Notes: generated from the letters alone by a model not told the origin. A stretch of DNA of 64,000 bases from Hamiltosporidium tvaerminnensis FI-OER-3-3 (GCA_022605425.2 CM061247.1:1240001-1304000); one strand, 5' to 3'. Positions 26,251-39,385 are shown, numbered from the stretch's first letter. A program made the numbers and translations.

Positions 26251-26505
26251 TTTTATTTAATAAAATTCTGGGTTTAAATATTTTTACCATTTTTATATAT
26301 TTTCTTCTACCTCTTTAACCACTATTGTCTCTTCTTCCAAATCCAACTCTTCATTTATGTTTATGGTCGGTTCCTCTAAAGGGGTTCCTCCTTGTGAAAT
26401 AAGGGGTGTATTATTTTTTGGTTTTTATTTTTTGCACCATCTTCCTTTTTACTTGCTTGTTTTAAAGGGGGTGTTGGTTCCTTATGCATCTCTGCTCTCA
26501 TAATA
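26251..26505 (-). mobile_element. 5'-truncated R4-like LINE 3' end
   Basis: Matches the last ~255 bp of the long LINEs including the AACCCAGAATTTTATTAAATAAA tail; flanked by ATCATTGTTAAT (26239-26250) / ATCTTTGTTAAT (26506-26517). Confidence 0.92.
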
Positions 26506-26517
26506 ATCTTTGTTAAT

Positions 26518-27254
26518 TTTATAAGCACTTTATTTAAAAGTATCACATCTTTTTAAAACAGTGGCAAGTGTTATATTTGTTTTCATGTCATTAACACAGT
26601 TCTAGGTTTAACATAAATAACTGCTACCCCAATACTCCATAAGTACCCCCTCCATACCTAACTCCCAAAGCCTTTCATCTACAAGGTGTGTAGAACCTAA
26701 TTACTAGGCGAAGCAGTTGCCCGGAGTTTGTTAATGTCCGTTGCATGGAGTGTGATCGAAGGCCGAAGCCCCCTGGGCTCCCCCAAGACTATGCAGCATT
26801 CCCACTTACTCTACACTTTCTGAACCCAATAAACTTCTAGCTAAGATATATTTCAGAGATTTACATGGGTCCACCTAGACAGTGCAATGTCATACCAACA
26901 GGTATAACTAGCAACTTAGCCTTCCCGGCTTTTAATGGTTTTAATTTTTATATCTCCCAGGCGCCAAGTCTTCTTATCCGAGTAAGGCATGGCTAGGTTT
27001 CCATACTTTTACATGGCAATTACTTACATATTCAGCTGCGGTCTGCAATCTAGTTACACAAAAAACTAAAATAATTTTTTAGAAAAAGTTTCGCCATTTC
27101 TTAGACCTCTCCTCCTCATAACAACTCCCATGGAACAACCAAAGATTTAGTGTGGTCTTATTACCACCGAAAATTCAAACAATGATTCTCATACCAGTTT
27201 CACACACTCATTGCCAAGCAGAAAGTTTTTTATGTGGTTATCCTCCCTCCACAC
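26518..27254 (-). mobile_element. ~715-nt element, copy D
   Basis: Full length; TSD ATCTTTGTTAAT 26506-26517 / 27255-27266. Confidence 0.93.
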
Positions 27255-29978
27255 ATCTTTGTTAATAAACATTAATCAAATATAATAAGTATTGTAAAAT
27301 TGGCCAGAAAAGACAATTAAATTAAATAAAAATCGATAATATTTTCTTATTTTAATGTGTATGTATAAAAATATACTTGAGTATATTTCAACAAAACATA
27401 AATTGAAATAAAAACACACAGATGCAAATTATGGAACTAAAAGTTCACATATTTTAAATTACATTTACTCGCTTGGTAAGTAACATTCGACACTAACTAA
27501 ATACAAGAAAATTAACATATTTTTTACGCTCTTTTTACATTTTTGTATTCTTATATCAAAAATAAAAAAAATGATTGACTTTTGAAAATATTACTGTAAT
27601 TTTAAATGTAAAATTCAAACAAAGCTTTAAAAATTCTATAATCCTGCGAAATATTTAATCAAATTTGGATTTTTCTAATGAAATAAACGTATTTATTTGG
27701 ATTTTGGATTTATTTGTCCATACAATGCAGCTGGATATCTTTTTCTGTATTTATTAAATATTTATTTTCATTGGTTAAATATTAAATACAATCAAAGGAA
27801 CTGAAAAAAGAATAATTCTTATATTTTTTGTTCTATTTAATTAATATTGTCTTTACTTAAATTTTAATTCATGGTTTTCTAATAAATGCATGTTATCTGC
27901 TTAAGCTATGAATATTAAGTCTTATTGAAACTACAAATAATAAATATAGTGGCAATTAGATATGTTTTGAACTTAAAAAGTAACCAAAACTAAAGAAATA
28001 TTATTTTAATTAATCCAGTTCATAAAGTAATAAAGAATGTTAGTCTTAAGGGAATTTTAGATTTAATTTTATTTATTAAATCAAATATTCTTTAAGACAA
28101 ACCCGTTTGTCTAATTAATCAATAAAAAATATGAAACCAGATTTTATTAAATCTAATTTTAATATAATCGATATCTTTTATTATTATACTTTACGCAAAG
28201 AAAAAAATATTTAACGAGACAATGTGTTCTCTTTTGAAATATGAAATATGTTGTAAAATATGAAGATAGTCAATGCTTCTATAAAGAAAACGTACTATCG
28301 CATAGGATAAGAACTAATCTCATGCAAATTGTGTATAACTTAATATTAAAATATAGCAATTTGATTATGTTTTAATGAATCAAAATGTAAAACGAAATTT
28401 AAATTTTTCTATAATAGTTTAAATGTATTTGTAATTAACAATTTCAAAGAGCTGATGTAATATTTACCTTAAAAGTACTATTTAGAATACTATTTTATAT
28501 TGAAATAATAATTTGATATCTATCTTTGAGTTTTGTGGTTGTTTAAATCTAAATTTTAGTTGTTTAAAACATTGAAAAATGATTGTTTAGAGTTTATATA
28601 TAGTTGTATTCGTATTTTAAAATTGAATTAAATATATGTTAAATACTATATGTATTGTTAATATCGCTTATGACAATATATAAATCATAAAGGAGAAGGT
28701 GTATCAAGATAATTTTGAGGCTCTGCAGTTCTAAATGAAGCAACAGTACCTTTTTTTACTAGGTTGACAAATTTTATAAAGGCTATTCTTAGCACAATGT
28801 TAAAACATGTGCTTAAAAGCTTCTAGATTATGTCATAATCACTTATTAGTAAATCCGAGATAAAATATAAGGTAATGATCACTTTTAAACTTCTTTGTTT
28901 GGAGAAAGACTTAATTAAAAAGACATAGTTGTAGATTAGATGAAATACAAATAAAAATTGAAATATAATGACATGAACATAATATAACTGTTTTGATTTA
29001 ACTATTGGTTATTTTGATATTTAAAAGACTTTAATTTGTTCACGGATTTTTTACATTTTTAAATAAATTATTTTTGAGAAATCTTAATTTGTTTTACGAG
29101 GAGTTTATAGTTGTAGATTTAAAAGGTAATCATGATTAAATAATAAAAGTTCTATCTATTGAACCGGTATTTTATGATGATATAAAGCTTAATGATTTTC
29201 AAATTAACCTAAAAAATTTAATTATTGGGAAACAATCTAAATCTTTTATATATGTTTTACTTTAGAAAATACTCTTTATACGTTGACTTTTATTGTATTC
29301 TTATTGAATTTAAAATGATCTATCAAATGAAACACTGGCAACCGATAGATAAAATATACAAACTACCAATTACATGTGAAAAAATAAATATTTTCTTTTA
29401 TTTAGGAATAAGTATTAGAGCCATGAAAGAATGCAGAATTAAATGGATGATAGGCAGATTAATTATGAAAAAAAATGAAATAATAAAAATGTTCATTCAT
29501 TGATTAAATATATATTTCAACTATGAAAACATTAAAAAAACAAACACAATATTCAGATAGATTCTGGTTTACGATAGGATTGGTGAAAAAGACAATGTTT
29601 TGAATTAAAATAAGTTTTTTTATCAAGAATTTTCATCTTTGCTGTAATTTTCAGTTGGTTCTTCATGAGGAATAAGTATAAAGTGAATATTTTTTTTAAA
29701 AAACAATTTCTAATTGATCTTGGTTTAAATTATATTATTTTTTATAAACATGTGTTTAATCTTCTGAAGATCTTTTATCATTGAGAATAATTTAAATCAT
29801 ATAAATTATTTTTATAAAAATAATGTATAAACGGATATTAAAATATAAAAGACACTCGTGATCTTTAACTTTGTTTATCTAAAAATTATATTCGTAAAGA
29901 GTTATATAGATTTTAAAAAAAAATCTGAGGAAAAATACATTTTTATTAATTAGATTTTATTTGAACGGTTTTGAACAT

Positions 29979-31508
29979 TTAACTGTTTTGTTTTTTGACT
30001 TTTACGAGTTCTGCTTTCAGATTTAAATTCTCTTCTTCAAGATCATCAATTTTTTTTCTACTTTCCTGTAATCGTTTTTTAATATCAGTTACAATATTAT
30101 TTTGATAATAGGAAATTTCATGTTCCATATTATTTATTCTTTCTGTTAAATTTGCGTTTTTGTTGTTTAAAGATTTGTTCTCTGTCGTTAAATTGATGAT
30201 TTTATCTTCCATTTCTGTTTTCATAGCTTCTTGTGCTTTCAAACATTGCTCTTGAATTACTAAGAAATCAAAATATGTTTCTTCTTTGGTATCCTTGGGT
30301 GATATTATTTCAAAATTATCATTAATTTCTTTTATTGAAATCAAATGAGTCTGCAGTTTTTGAAAAAGAGTGAACAAATCTTTTGTTACAAATTCTATAA
30401 GTTCTTTAACATTCTGCTTAATTATGTCGCTAATATTTTGTTTTTGATTATTTGTTTCTAAATTGTTTTTTTTAGTGGTATTTTCATTGGTATCTTGTGT
30501 TTTGACATTAGATTTATCATTATTTTCTTTTGATGAATCTATTTTCTCTGTATTTTTAGAATCAATTTTGCTATTCTTTACATTTGTGGATTCAGAAGAT
30601 GACTTTTGTATTTCTTTATTGTCATTTTTTGTTTCATTGGTTTTAATTTCTTTTAAAGAAATCCCAGATTGATCTATAATCCACTGTATAATCTCAAACA
30701 AGCCATTTTCTTTGAGACAAACAGATAAATCTAATATTTTATCGAATATATTTTTGTTTTCTGATATGCATTTTAAAACAAATTCTCGTATAAAATTTAA
30801 ACCGTTTTCATCTATAAAATCGTAATCTTTTTTTATATTTTTTTTCAACTCGTCAAAAGTATACTTTGCTGGCAAAAATATGTATTTCATATTGTATTTC
30901 TCTAAAAGAATATAAATGAAATAAAACGAATTATTCTGTGTTGAATGTGAATGGTCAAAAATATAAGCAATGAACCGCAATAAATAATTTAAATCATTTT
31001 TATCTGTAATTTCTATATATTTAGAAATATTTTTATAAATACAAAATACTTCTCTTTCATTGTCATTCTTTGAAATTTTATTTGATGCAAGAATATTTTT
31101 AACTGCCATTTGATCAATTTTTAAAATAGAATCAGTATTCTTTTGTGTGCTGCATTTTTTAGCTTCTCTACTCACTGTATCGTTTCCCGTTCCAATAATA
31201 TAACTAAAATCAAATTCAGATTTGATATATCTTGCTCCGCTAAGCTTAATCCAAACTGAAAATCTTAACTCATCGTTGATTTCTCCTATCTGCTTTAAAA
31301 CGTAACATCCATCCATTTTCTTTTCTGATAACAGAAATGCCCAAAATTCCCATTCATTGTTCTTGCTGCGCATATCTTTGTTATAAACACATACATCTGA
31401 ACAGTGCTTCTTTGTACATCTAAGTCTTCTAAATGTAGTACTAGGATAAACAGCTTCTTCTGCATATTCAGGAACATTTTTTCCCAACAGCATTTTATCA
31501 ATAAACAT
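29979..31508 (-). CDS. 509-aa protein, degenerate Rab-GAP TBC-like N-half plus C-terminal coiled coil (Gyp5/EVI5-like architecture)
   Basis: Intact ORF; WEFWAFLL..EINDELRFSVWIKLSGA resembles the TBC N-terminal IP..LR..VW..LSG motif; heptad-rich C-terminus. Confidence 0.6.
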   Translation of the reverse strand: MFIDKMLLGKNVPEYAEEAVYPSTTFRRLRCTKKHCSDVCVYNKDMRSKNNEWEFWAFLLSEKKMDGCYVLKQIGEINDELRFSVWIKLSGARYIKSEFDFSYIIGTGNDTVSREAKKCSTQKNTDSILKIDQMAVKNILASNKISKNDNEREVFCIYKNISKYIEITDKNDLNYLLRFIAYIFDHSHSTQNNSFYFIYILLEKYNMKYIFLPAKYTFDELKKNIKKDYDFIDENGLNFIREFVLKCISENKNIFDKILDLSVCLKENGLFEIIQWIIDQSGISLKEIKTNETKNDNKEIQKSSSESTNVKNSKIDSKNTEKIDSSKENNDKSNVKTQDTNENTTKKNNLETNNQKQNISDIIKQNVKELIEFVTKDLFTLFQKLQTHLISIKEINDNFEIISPKDTKEETYFDFLVIQEQCLKAQEAMKTEMEDKIINLTTENKSLNNKNANLTERINNMEHEISYYQNNIVTDIKKRLQESRKKIDDLEEENLNLKAELVKVKKQNS

Positions 31509-31753
31509 TACAATTTTTGCTTCTACCTCTTTTATTTTTTATATTCACCAATAGCATATTTTATAAAGAAAAAGGAGACCTTATCTCTGCAAAAATGATT
31601 TAATTGGTTTCATTAATTATCACATTTTCTTAAATATGTTCTTATTTGATAAAAAAATATTTATCTCTTCTTTTTCATATATAATTAACATTTTTAATAA
31701 ATATATTGATTTATTTTAATTAACTAAATTAAATATTTCTATTTCTGTTTTTG

Positions 31754-31837
31754 AGAGATAAATTCTTGAGTAAAATCAAAGAAATCTCAATGAAGGAAAT
31801 TGGAAAAGTGGTGGTCCGAACTAGAAAACATCCAAAT
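31754..31837 (+). mobile_element. Isolated 84-bp internal LINE ORF fragment
   Basis: Near-identical to 40796-40879 apart from one short divergent patch. Confidence 0.9.
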
Positions 31838-31915
31838 ATTATAATTGTGATTCTCTATTTCGTGTTTAATATTTAAATAAATAAATTGCTTTAAAATTAT
31901 ATTTTCCATCAAATA

Positions 31916-32650
31916 AATAAAATTTATTTAAAAATATCACATCTTTTTACAATAGGGGCAAGTGTTATATTTGTTTTCATGACATTAACGCAGTTCTAGG
32001 TTTAACATAAATAACTGCTACCCCAACACTCCATCGGTAACCCCTGCGATACCTACGTCCCAAAGCCTTTCATCTACCAGGTGTGTAGAACCTAATTGAT
32101 AGGCGAGGCAGTTGCCGGAGTTCGTTAATGTCCGTTGCATGGAGTGTGATCGAAGGCCGAAGCCCCCCCTGGGCTCCCCCAAGACTATGCAGCATTCCCA
32201 CTTACTCTACACTTTCTGAACCCAATAAACTTCTAGCTAAGATATATTTCAGAGATTTACATGGGGTTCACCTAGACAGTGCAATGTCATACCAACAGGT
32301 ATAACCTGCTACTTAGCTCTCCCGGCTTTTAATGGGTTTTATTTTTATATCTCCCAGGCGCTAAGTCTTCTAACCCGAGTGAGCAAGGCTAGGTTTCCAT
32401 GCTTTTACATGGCAATTACCTACATGTTCAGCTGCGGTCTGCAATCTGGTTACCTAAAAAACTACAAATAAATTTGTAGAAAAAGTTTCTCCTTTTCTTA
32501 GACTTCTCCTCTTCATAACAACTCCCATAAAACAACCAAAGATGTAGTGTGGTTTTATTCCCACCAAAAATCCAAACAATGATCTCACAACAGTTTCACA
32601 CACTCATTGCCAAGCAGAAAGTTTTTTATGTGGTTATCCTCCCTCCACAA
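31916..32650 (-). mobile_element. ~715-nt element, copy C
   Basis: Full length; TSD TTCCATCAAATA 31904-31915 / 32651-32662. Confidence 0.95.
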
Positions 32651-32950
32651 TTCCATCAAATATATAATTAAATTTTAGACATTGAAAAAAAATTATAATT
32701 CTAAAAAGGTTTAAAATTATTCCAAAGATGATGTGACATTTTCAAGTAATTTCATTTTTAAGTCATTTTATAGAGATTTACCAGCTCTTGAGCAAAATAT
32801 AAAAATCTAAAATAAATATTTTTTTATTTTAAAAATTTCATCTAGAAAATAAATTCTTCAAGATTAATTGAATTAATAAAACATTTTTCATAAAAATACA
32901 ACTTAAAACAGATTTTTCTTTTGAACAAATCAATCATAAAAAGAAATCAT

Positions 32951-35063
32951 TCAATAAAAATAGCTCAACTCTGATCTTCTAATTCTATCCATTTCCATCC
33001 ATATTTTAGACTGTAAAGACTCTTCATTACTCATTTTACCAACTAATTCACTTCTTCTTTCATTCAAACTATTTAAAAGGACTTGTAAAGATTCTAATTC
33101 CTTTTTATATTCTCGTGTTTTGCTTTCTTCTATTTTAATATTTTTATCGGTCTGTAAAACTTCCCTATCAAGTGTCAATCCTCTCTCTCTATAAACATTT
33201 TGTTCAGCTTTTAATGTTTCTACTTTGTTTCTAAGATCATCGATTTTTTTATTAAGCTTTGCTATTTCGTTATTATCAAGTCGTAATTCTGCTTCTATTT
33301 TGTGTTTTTCGGTTTCTATTTTCCCTAAATTTGTTTTGCTGTTCTTTAAATGGTTTCTATTGTTACGCAAAGTCTCTTTTAAATTGTCGTTTTCCATTCC
33401 ACGTTCCTTCATTTTTTCTTGTAGAATTGATAATTTCGAAGTCAAATCGTTTAAGGAATTTTTTAAACTATCTAACCTATTTTTACTCTCATCGTACTTC
33501 AACTGTAAAAATGAAGATCGTGCCACATTGGCATCTTTAAGATTCGACTTTTCTTTATCCATCAACTTTTTTTGAGTAAAAATATCCGAATTAGGAAGTG
33601 TGTCTATATTGGCAGACAAATAAGGATGACTACCTGAATCAGAAGGAGGCACATACGGATGTATCGGTGTCAAAGAATCTACAGAAAGATATGGATGAGT
33701 TATAGAAGGCATATCAGGTATATTTTCATGTTTAGGTACATCACTACCACCTTCATTTACATTTATGGTATAAGATATTGTACTATTACTCTCTTTCGGT
33801 CTAATATCTCTACTATTACCTACACCTGTATTGTTCCCGTTCCCCTCATTATAACTTATCTCTTTATTCAAACTAGGTTTACTCTCTTCATTCCCAATAT
33901 TTCCTAAATAATCTTCATTAGATATATCAATAGGAGAAGGTGTATTGATAATTGGTTTTTTAAACTTTTTATAAATTTCTAAATCTGTATTTTCATCATT
34001 ATCTTTCACCACTTTAGTATCTGAAATATCCAACACAGAAATATTTGTATTGTTTCCTTTATGATTATAAGAATTGTCTGTAGAATTAGATGATTTGGGT
34101 TTTATATTTCCATTTTCTACATTTTTTGACTTATAGCTAGGTTCTCTATTCTCTAAAATATTTAAATTAGAATTGTTCTTTCCATCGGTGTTTGAAGCAT
34201 TATCCTTGCGTTCTTTGTCTCTACCTTTGTCTTTCTCATTTCCCTTGTCCCTATCTCTACTCTCGTCTCTAACATTTCCCTTGTCCCTATCTCTATTGTT
34301 GGCTCTATCTATACTGTTGTCTCTATCCTTTTCAGTCTTTTGATTAGAATTACTATTTTTGGAAAATCCGTTATTTAATTTATTTTTCATATTAAAAATA
34401 TCTTGAAAAGAATAAATCGGTATTTGTTGTAGATCATCTGATTGAGGGGAATATTTTGGTTTGTTTTCTGTGGGTTTTTTGTTTTTAGACGTATTTTTAT
34501 TAAAATTGGGTTTCCCTGCGTCACTTAAAGGTGTATTTGCTTTATAAGGGATATTATTGCTATTGCTGGGTGTTTTAAAGGGACCTGGGTCACCTAATAG
34601 AGGTATTTCCCATATAAGGGGGTTTAGCACCTTTATCATCACCACTGTTATCTAACACCCCTTTATAATTCTTTAAATAATCCAAAGGGTTATTTCCACT
34701 ATAAGGAGTCATATTACCACCACTAAAAGGTCCCATGTCACTTAAAGGGTTATTTCCACTATAAGGGGTCTTATTACTACCACTAAAGGGTCCCATGTCA
34801 CCTAAAGGGTTATTTCCACTATAAGGGGTCTTATTACTACCACTAAAAGGTCCCATGTCACCTAAAGGGGTATTTCCCTTATATGTGTCATTAACACCCC
34901 TTCCATTATCATATAATTTACTTAAAGTATCATTTAAAGGTAAATTCTCCTTAAAAAGACTTCCATTATATTCTTCCCCCGTATTTCCTTTCATTCCAAT
35001 ATCATCAATAATTACAATTTGACACTTCAATACCATAATTAACAGTATGATACACATTTTCAT
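32951..35063 (-). CDS. ~700-aa predicted secreted protein with N-terminal 20-aa repeats and C-terminal coiled coil; 1-nt frameshift near 34598
   Basis: MKMCIILLIMVLKCQ signal-like start at 35063; the repeat register GNTPLGDMGPF continues across the two ORFs if one base in ACC TCT A TTA GGT GAC is removed. Confidence 0.7.
34684..34881. repeat. 60-bp coding tandem repeat, ~3.3 copies (PYSGNNPLGDMGPFSGSNKT)
   Basis: Consecutive 60-nt lines at 34681, 34741 and 34801 are nearly identical. Confidence 0.95.
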
Positions 35064-35449
35064 TTGTTTACAGAAGAATTGAGAATTTAAAACAAAGCAA
35101 TACAAATGTTTCAGGTTTAAATATTTTTTATTTCGGTATTAATAATTTATTTGCACTTTTTTTGCAATTTAAAAATAAATCTTTGGTATTTAAAAGGGTT
35201 TTTGGTAGTAATAAATAACACCCTTATAACTATAAGAGGATTAATTGCAAATGATTTAAACCCCCTTTATATAACAATTATATTAGTTATTTTTAAGACC
35301 CCTTTAACTATTACTAGTTATAACGAATAATTTAACACCCCTTTATATATCTATTTTATATTACATCTTTTTAAAAGTGTTATTATAATCAAATTGGATT
35401 TTTAAAACATAAAACAAGAGAATAATAACACAGTGTTTATTAAACCTAC

Positions 35450-35636
35450 ATTAACACCCTTTATATTACTATTCATTTAATTAACCCCTTTATATTACTA
35501 TCGTATACTTAAAACCCTTTATATTACTGTCCTATAGTTAACACCCTTTATATTGGTGTCCTATGGTTAACACCCTTTATATTACTACCCATCTACTTAA
35601 CACCCTTTATATTACTATCCTAATACTTAACACCCC
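35450..35636. repeat. ~29-30-bp intergenic minisatellite with TTAACACCCTTTATATT core
   Basis: About 6 consecutive units downstream of DnaJ. Confidence 0.9.
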
Positions 35637-35675
35637 ATAACCCCTTTCTCTTCTATCCCTCCCAACCAAGCCTTA

Positions 35676-36590
35676 TCATAAAACACTCGCCATTCTCTGT
35701 CTCTGTGAGGGTGTTAACTTAGGAATATCTTCTACAAAAACTTTAACCTTTAAATTACCCATACGAGAGGGTTCTTTAGATAAAGGCATTCCCAAGCCAT
35801 TAATAACACACCAATCACCTATCCTAGTAATATAACCCTCCTCAAGTCTAAATCTTCTTTTTCCAGGCAAAATAAGATTACGAGAAAATCCACAAATAAA
35901 TTCTTTAAAAGTAATACGGATCTCCATTTCCAAATCATTTCCATTTCTAGTAAATACAGGATCTGGAACTTCATCTAATAAAATATGAACATCTTGAAAA
36001 GATCCGTCATTGAGTTGATCTCCTTGATCTTTAAATTTAAATTTGGTGCCTTTTTTATATCCTGGCTTGACAACAACCTCTAGATTGTTTTCTGTTTGCG
36101 TAGAACTTAAAAGTTTGCGACGTATTTTATATTTCTTTTTACATCCACTAAAAAGATCATCTAAAGTACATTTTAATACGAATTCGACTGCATTTTTCTG
36201 TTTGCCTTTACGTGTGTCGTGGGTATCAAAAAAACTTTCAAAAATATTTTCACTGCCAAAAATATTTTCGCTGCCGAAATTTTTAAAGGAACTGAATTTG
36301 AAGTTGGGAAAGTTTCCAAACGATTCGAAATCAAAATTTGAGTTGGTAAATTGTGGATCGGAAGTGCCGAATCTGTCGTAGTTTTTACGTTTTTCTGTGT
36401 CTTTTAAAACGTGGTATGCTTCGTTTACTTCCATAAATTGGGTGTTTAGTTTTTTCTTTTCTTCTTCTGTTGCATTAGGGTGTCGGTCGGGGTGTAGTTT
36501 TAGGGTTAGTTTGCGGTATGCAGCTTTTATTTGCTCGGGTGTTGCTGTCTTACTGACGTTTAACACTTTGTAGTAATCCTTGTTGCCCAT
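35676..36590 (-). CDS. Class II DnaJ/Hsp40 (Sis1/DNAJB-like)
   Basis: DYYKVL..HPD J-domain, G/F region, C-terminal substrate-binding domains ([19 protein letters not shown]), no zinc finger. Confidence 0.93.
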   Translation of the reverse strand: MGNKDYYKVLNVSKTATPEQIKAAYRKLTLKLHPDRHPNATEEEKKKLNTQFMEVNEAYHVLKDTEKRKNYDRFGTSDPQFTNSNFDFESFGNFPNFKFSSFKNFGSENIFGSENIFESFFDTHDTRKGKQKNAVEFVLKCTLDDLFSGCKKKYKIRRKLLSSTQTENNLEVVVKPGYKKGTKFKFKDQGDQLNDGSFQDVHILLDEVPDPVFTRNGNDLEMEIRITFKEFICGFSRNLILPGKRRFRLEEGYITRIGDWCVINGLGMPLSKEPSRMGNLKVKVFVEDIPKLTPSQRQRMASVL

Positions 36591-37868
36591 TAAGAATTTT
36601 TCGAGGAAAGTATTTATTTGGTGAAATTTCTAGAAATTTCTAAGAAAAAAAAAGGAAATTTGTAATGATAGGAGAATAAAAGGGGTTAGGAAAATATTTC
36701 AAAAGGGTATATTATTAGGAATTGGAATTGTGATTAGAGTAGAAATATTTTTTAGAAATAAAATGTATTGGAAAATGGAGGTTGGTTGGAAAGAAAAAAA
36801 TTGGCAGAGAAAACAAAATAAAATTAATAAATATTGTAAATGCAATTAGGAATTTAATAACGGTGTAATCAAGGTTTAAATATTAGCAGAGTTACTCACA
36901 AATTCTGATCCTTTCAATTTTCAAATTAAAAAACACTTCATCACAAAATAAAACACACAAAAATTTTAGATAACGTTCTATCTTCACCTTACATTACCAA
37001 TGTGTTCTGTTGAAGCTTCTTTTTACGAGTCATTTGATATCAAGCCTTTGCTTGTAGCTATCCGAATGAGAACGATAAATAAAATCGTAATTATAGCAAT
37101 TTTTTGACAAACTGCTGGTAGAAATGATCTTGAATTGTCTATATTTAAATATGGAAAGGTTTTAAAGAATTTTTGGAATTGACTAGCCTGAGCTTAATTT
37201 TATTTTGCGAGAAATTAAACTAATTGCATAACTCACGGTTTCTCATGTGCAAATAAACACAAAATGAGCCGAAAACAAAATAAGGCAAAAATTGAGGAAA
37301 TATAGCCGTAGAATCGCAACGTAACCCATCGCTCATATACCCAACCGAACAACTTCGGTTTTAAAACTTTGAGATTTTTATTTGAGCAAACAAAAAAAAA
37401 TCCGAATATTCAATCGAAAACTTAAAACAAAAAATTTCATTGACAAAGTATATATTAAAGTTATGGAACTCTTTATTTAATTATATGGTAAATATGCAGA
37501 ATCTTGTGTATATGATAAAATAACAAACTATGTGCAGATTATACAAGCAGATCCGGCAAGGTACATTTAAACGAAAGCACGAGAATAATCTCGGATCCGT
37601 ATGGAATTCGAAATAGAAAGTGAGATAATAAATCATATCTGTCAAGTTCTTCTTATTGAGAGTATGGGAAACGCATAAAATCCAATCTTCTAAAAAAATT
37701 CCTTAAAAAATACATGTGAACCCAGCTCACAGCCAAACAAAAAAATTGTTTTATTATAGGATTTTTTGAAAAAATAATTCTTACAATATCTATGTTAACA
37801 CGCACCAAATATGAAATTACGATGCATGTGCCAAGAAAAATAGTTTGTTCGAGCAATCGAAACATCAA

Positions 37869-38108
37869 TTTTCTGACCATGCCGGTGCAGAATTGGCCTG
37901 AAGTATTCTCTGCTTGTCATAAGAGGTGGCCAAAAGAGACGGGTTCTTTAGATTTGGTTTGGTTTAGGGCTAACAACTCTCCATCAAAACCACCTTTTTA
38001 CGAAACCCAAAAGAGTAAACGAACTCACCGGAAAGAGATCGGTGTGCGGCATTACCGAGAGAGTTTAAGGCCAGTGTAGAGCTGTAATGCTAAGGATGAA
38101 TGAATTGA
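37869..38108 (+). mobile_element. RTE-derived non-autonomous element, copy 2 (diverged)
   Basis: Colinear with 15554-15778 (GTATTCT.TGCTTGTC.TAAGAGG, GGGCTAACAAC, TTACGAAACCC, GCTGTA.TGC..AGGATGAATG); possible eroded TSD GAAAC(A/T)TCAA. Confidence 0.8.
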
Positions 38109-38759
38109 GAAACTTCAAATAAATTTAAACATAAATAATATCTATTCAATTAAATTATGAGTTATACTAACGTTTTTTACACTTTTACGTATTTTATTCA
38201 CCTTATTTCTTATTGGAAATCTCATCCTTTATTTATATTTATATCGGTTTTACCAATATTTTTTCATTTAAATAAATTTTTTATTATTTTCTGTTTATAC
38301 ATATTTAACTTTTTCTTTTTTGTTGCTTAGTTCTTGTCAAATGTTTGATTTTTCCACATGGTTCTTTTCTCTTTCAATAAAACATATTGACCCTCTTCTA
38401 TCTTCTCTTTTGTGTTTCGATCTGACTAAGTATCTTTATTTCAAAAAGAAATGCATTTCTAACATTTTATATTGAATGAGATTGATAAACGGTTTTTGGT
38501 TTATACGTATTTGTAGCCTTTGACATGCATCTTATGATATTTGTTTCTTATATTTTTTTTGGATTATGGCATAAGCAATTATCATGATAAAAAACTAAAT
38601 ATGTCTAAATCATTTGTCTATAAGACACAATTAAAGTTCTCTATCTCAACTTTATAAATTAGCAAACAGAAAGAAATCTCTACCTGTATGTATTTTATCA
38701 TGTCTAATTTCAATAAACGCAAATATAAAATTTTATTATTAAGAATTCTGAAATCATTT

Positions 38760-39385
38760 TTTTATTCCTGTGTCCACTCTTTTCTTCGCATGCTCTTTTA
38801 AGGATTTCTTAAACTGAATGATTTCTAATTTTTTTGACGACTTGAATTTATATCGATTTAGAAGAAGAAGGTGTGGGTATCCAAACACTTTATTATGCCT
38901 TCTAATGTAGTCATGACCGAGCATTTTCTCACATCAAGTACCAAATTATAAACTATTTTACAAAAAAACATTACTTGTTAGTACATACCATCTGCTTGCC
39001 CGAATATATTTCCATTCTCAATAATACAGAACACTTTTTAATCACGTAGCCTAATATTTTCTTTCTTTACGCATCTAGATGAGTCACTTACACACAAAGC
39101 TTATTTTTTTTAGAATTATATTTTTTGCACGCAGTTTCTTTTTTCTATTTCGTTATATAGTTTTGCAAGTTGAGCTTCTTCTAAATTCTTCTTGATGACA
39201 CCTTCTTCTTCATGATCTTCAACTTCTAAAAAGTCTTTTATTGGCACAAGATTGGTTTTATTAGTATGCTTTACCATTGGAATTGCTACTCTTCGAGTTG
39301 ATGTTTCTTTACTTTTTCCAGAATATCCCAAAAGTTGCATAAACATATTTTCACTTCGCAACTCAACAATATAAAGGCCTCTTAT
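38760..39385 (-). mobile_element. Degenerate internal R4-like LINE fragment
   Basis: LEEAQLAKLYNEIEKR and the neighbouring RYKFKSSK segment on the minus strand. Confidence 0.85.

Noticed and set aside
33225-33907. Short antisense ORFs here and over the LINEs, DnaJ and INO80
   Set aside because: Shadow frames of real coding or repeat sequence
35450-35636. CRISPR-like array
   Set aside because: Eukaryotic context, degenerate tandem units without unique spacers, no cas genes
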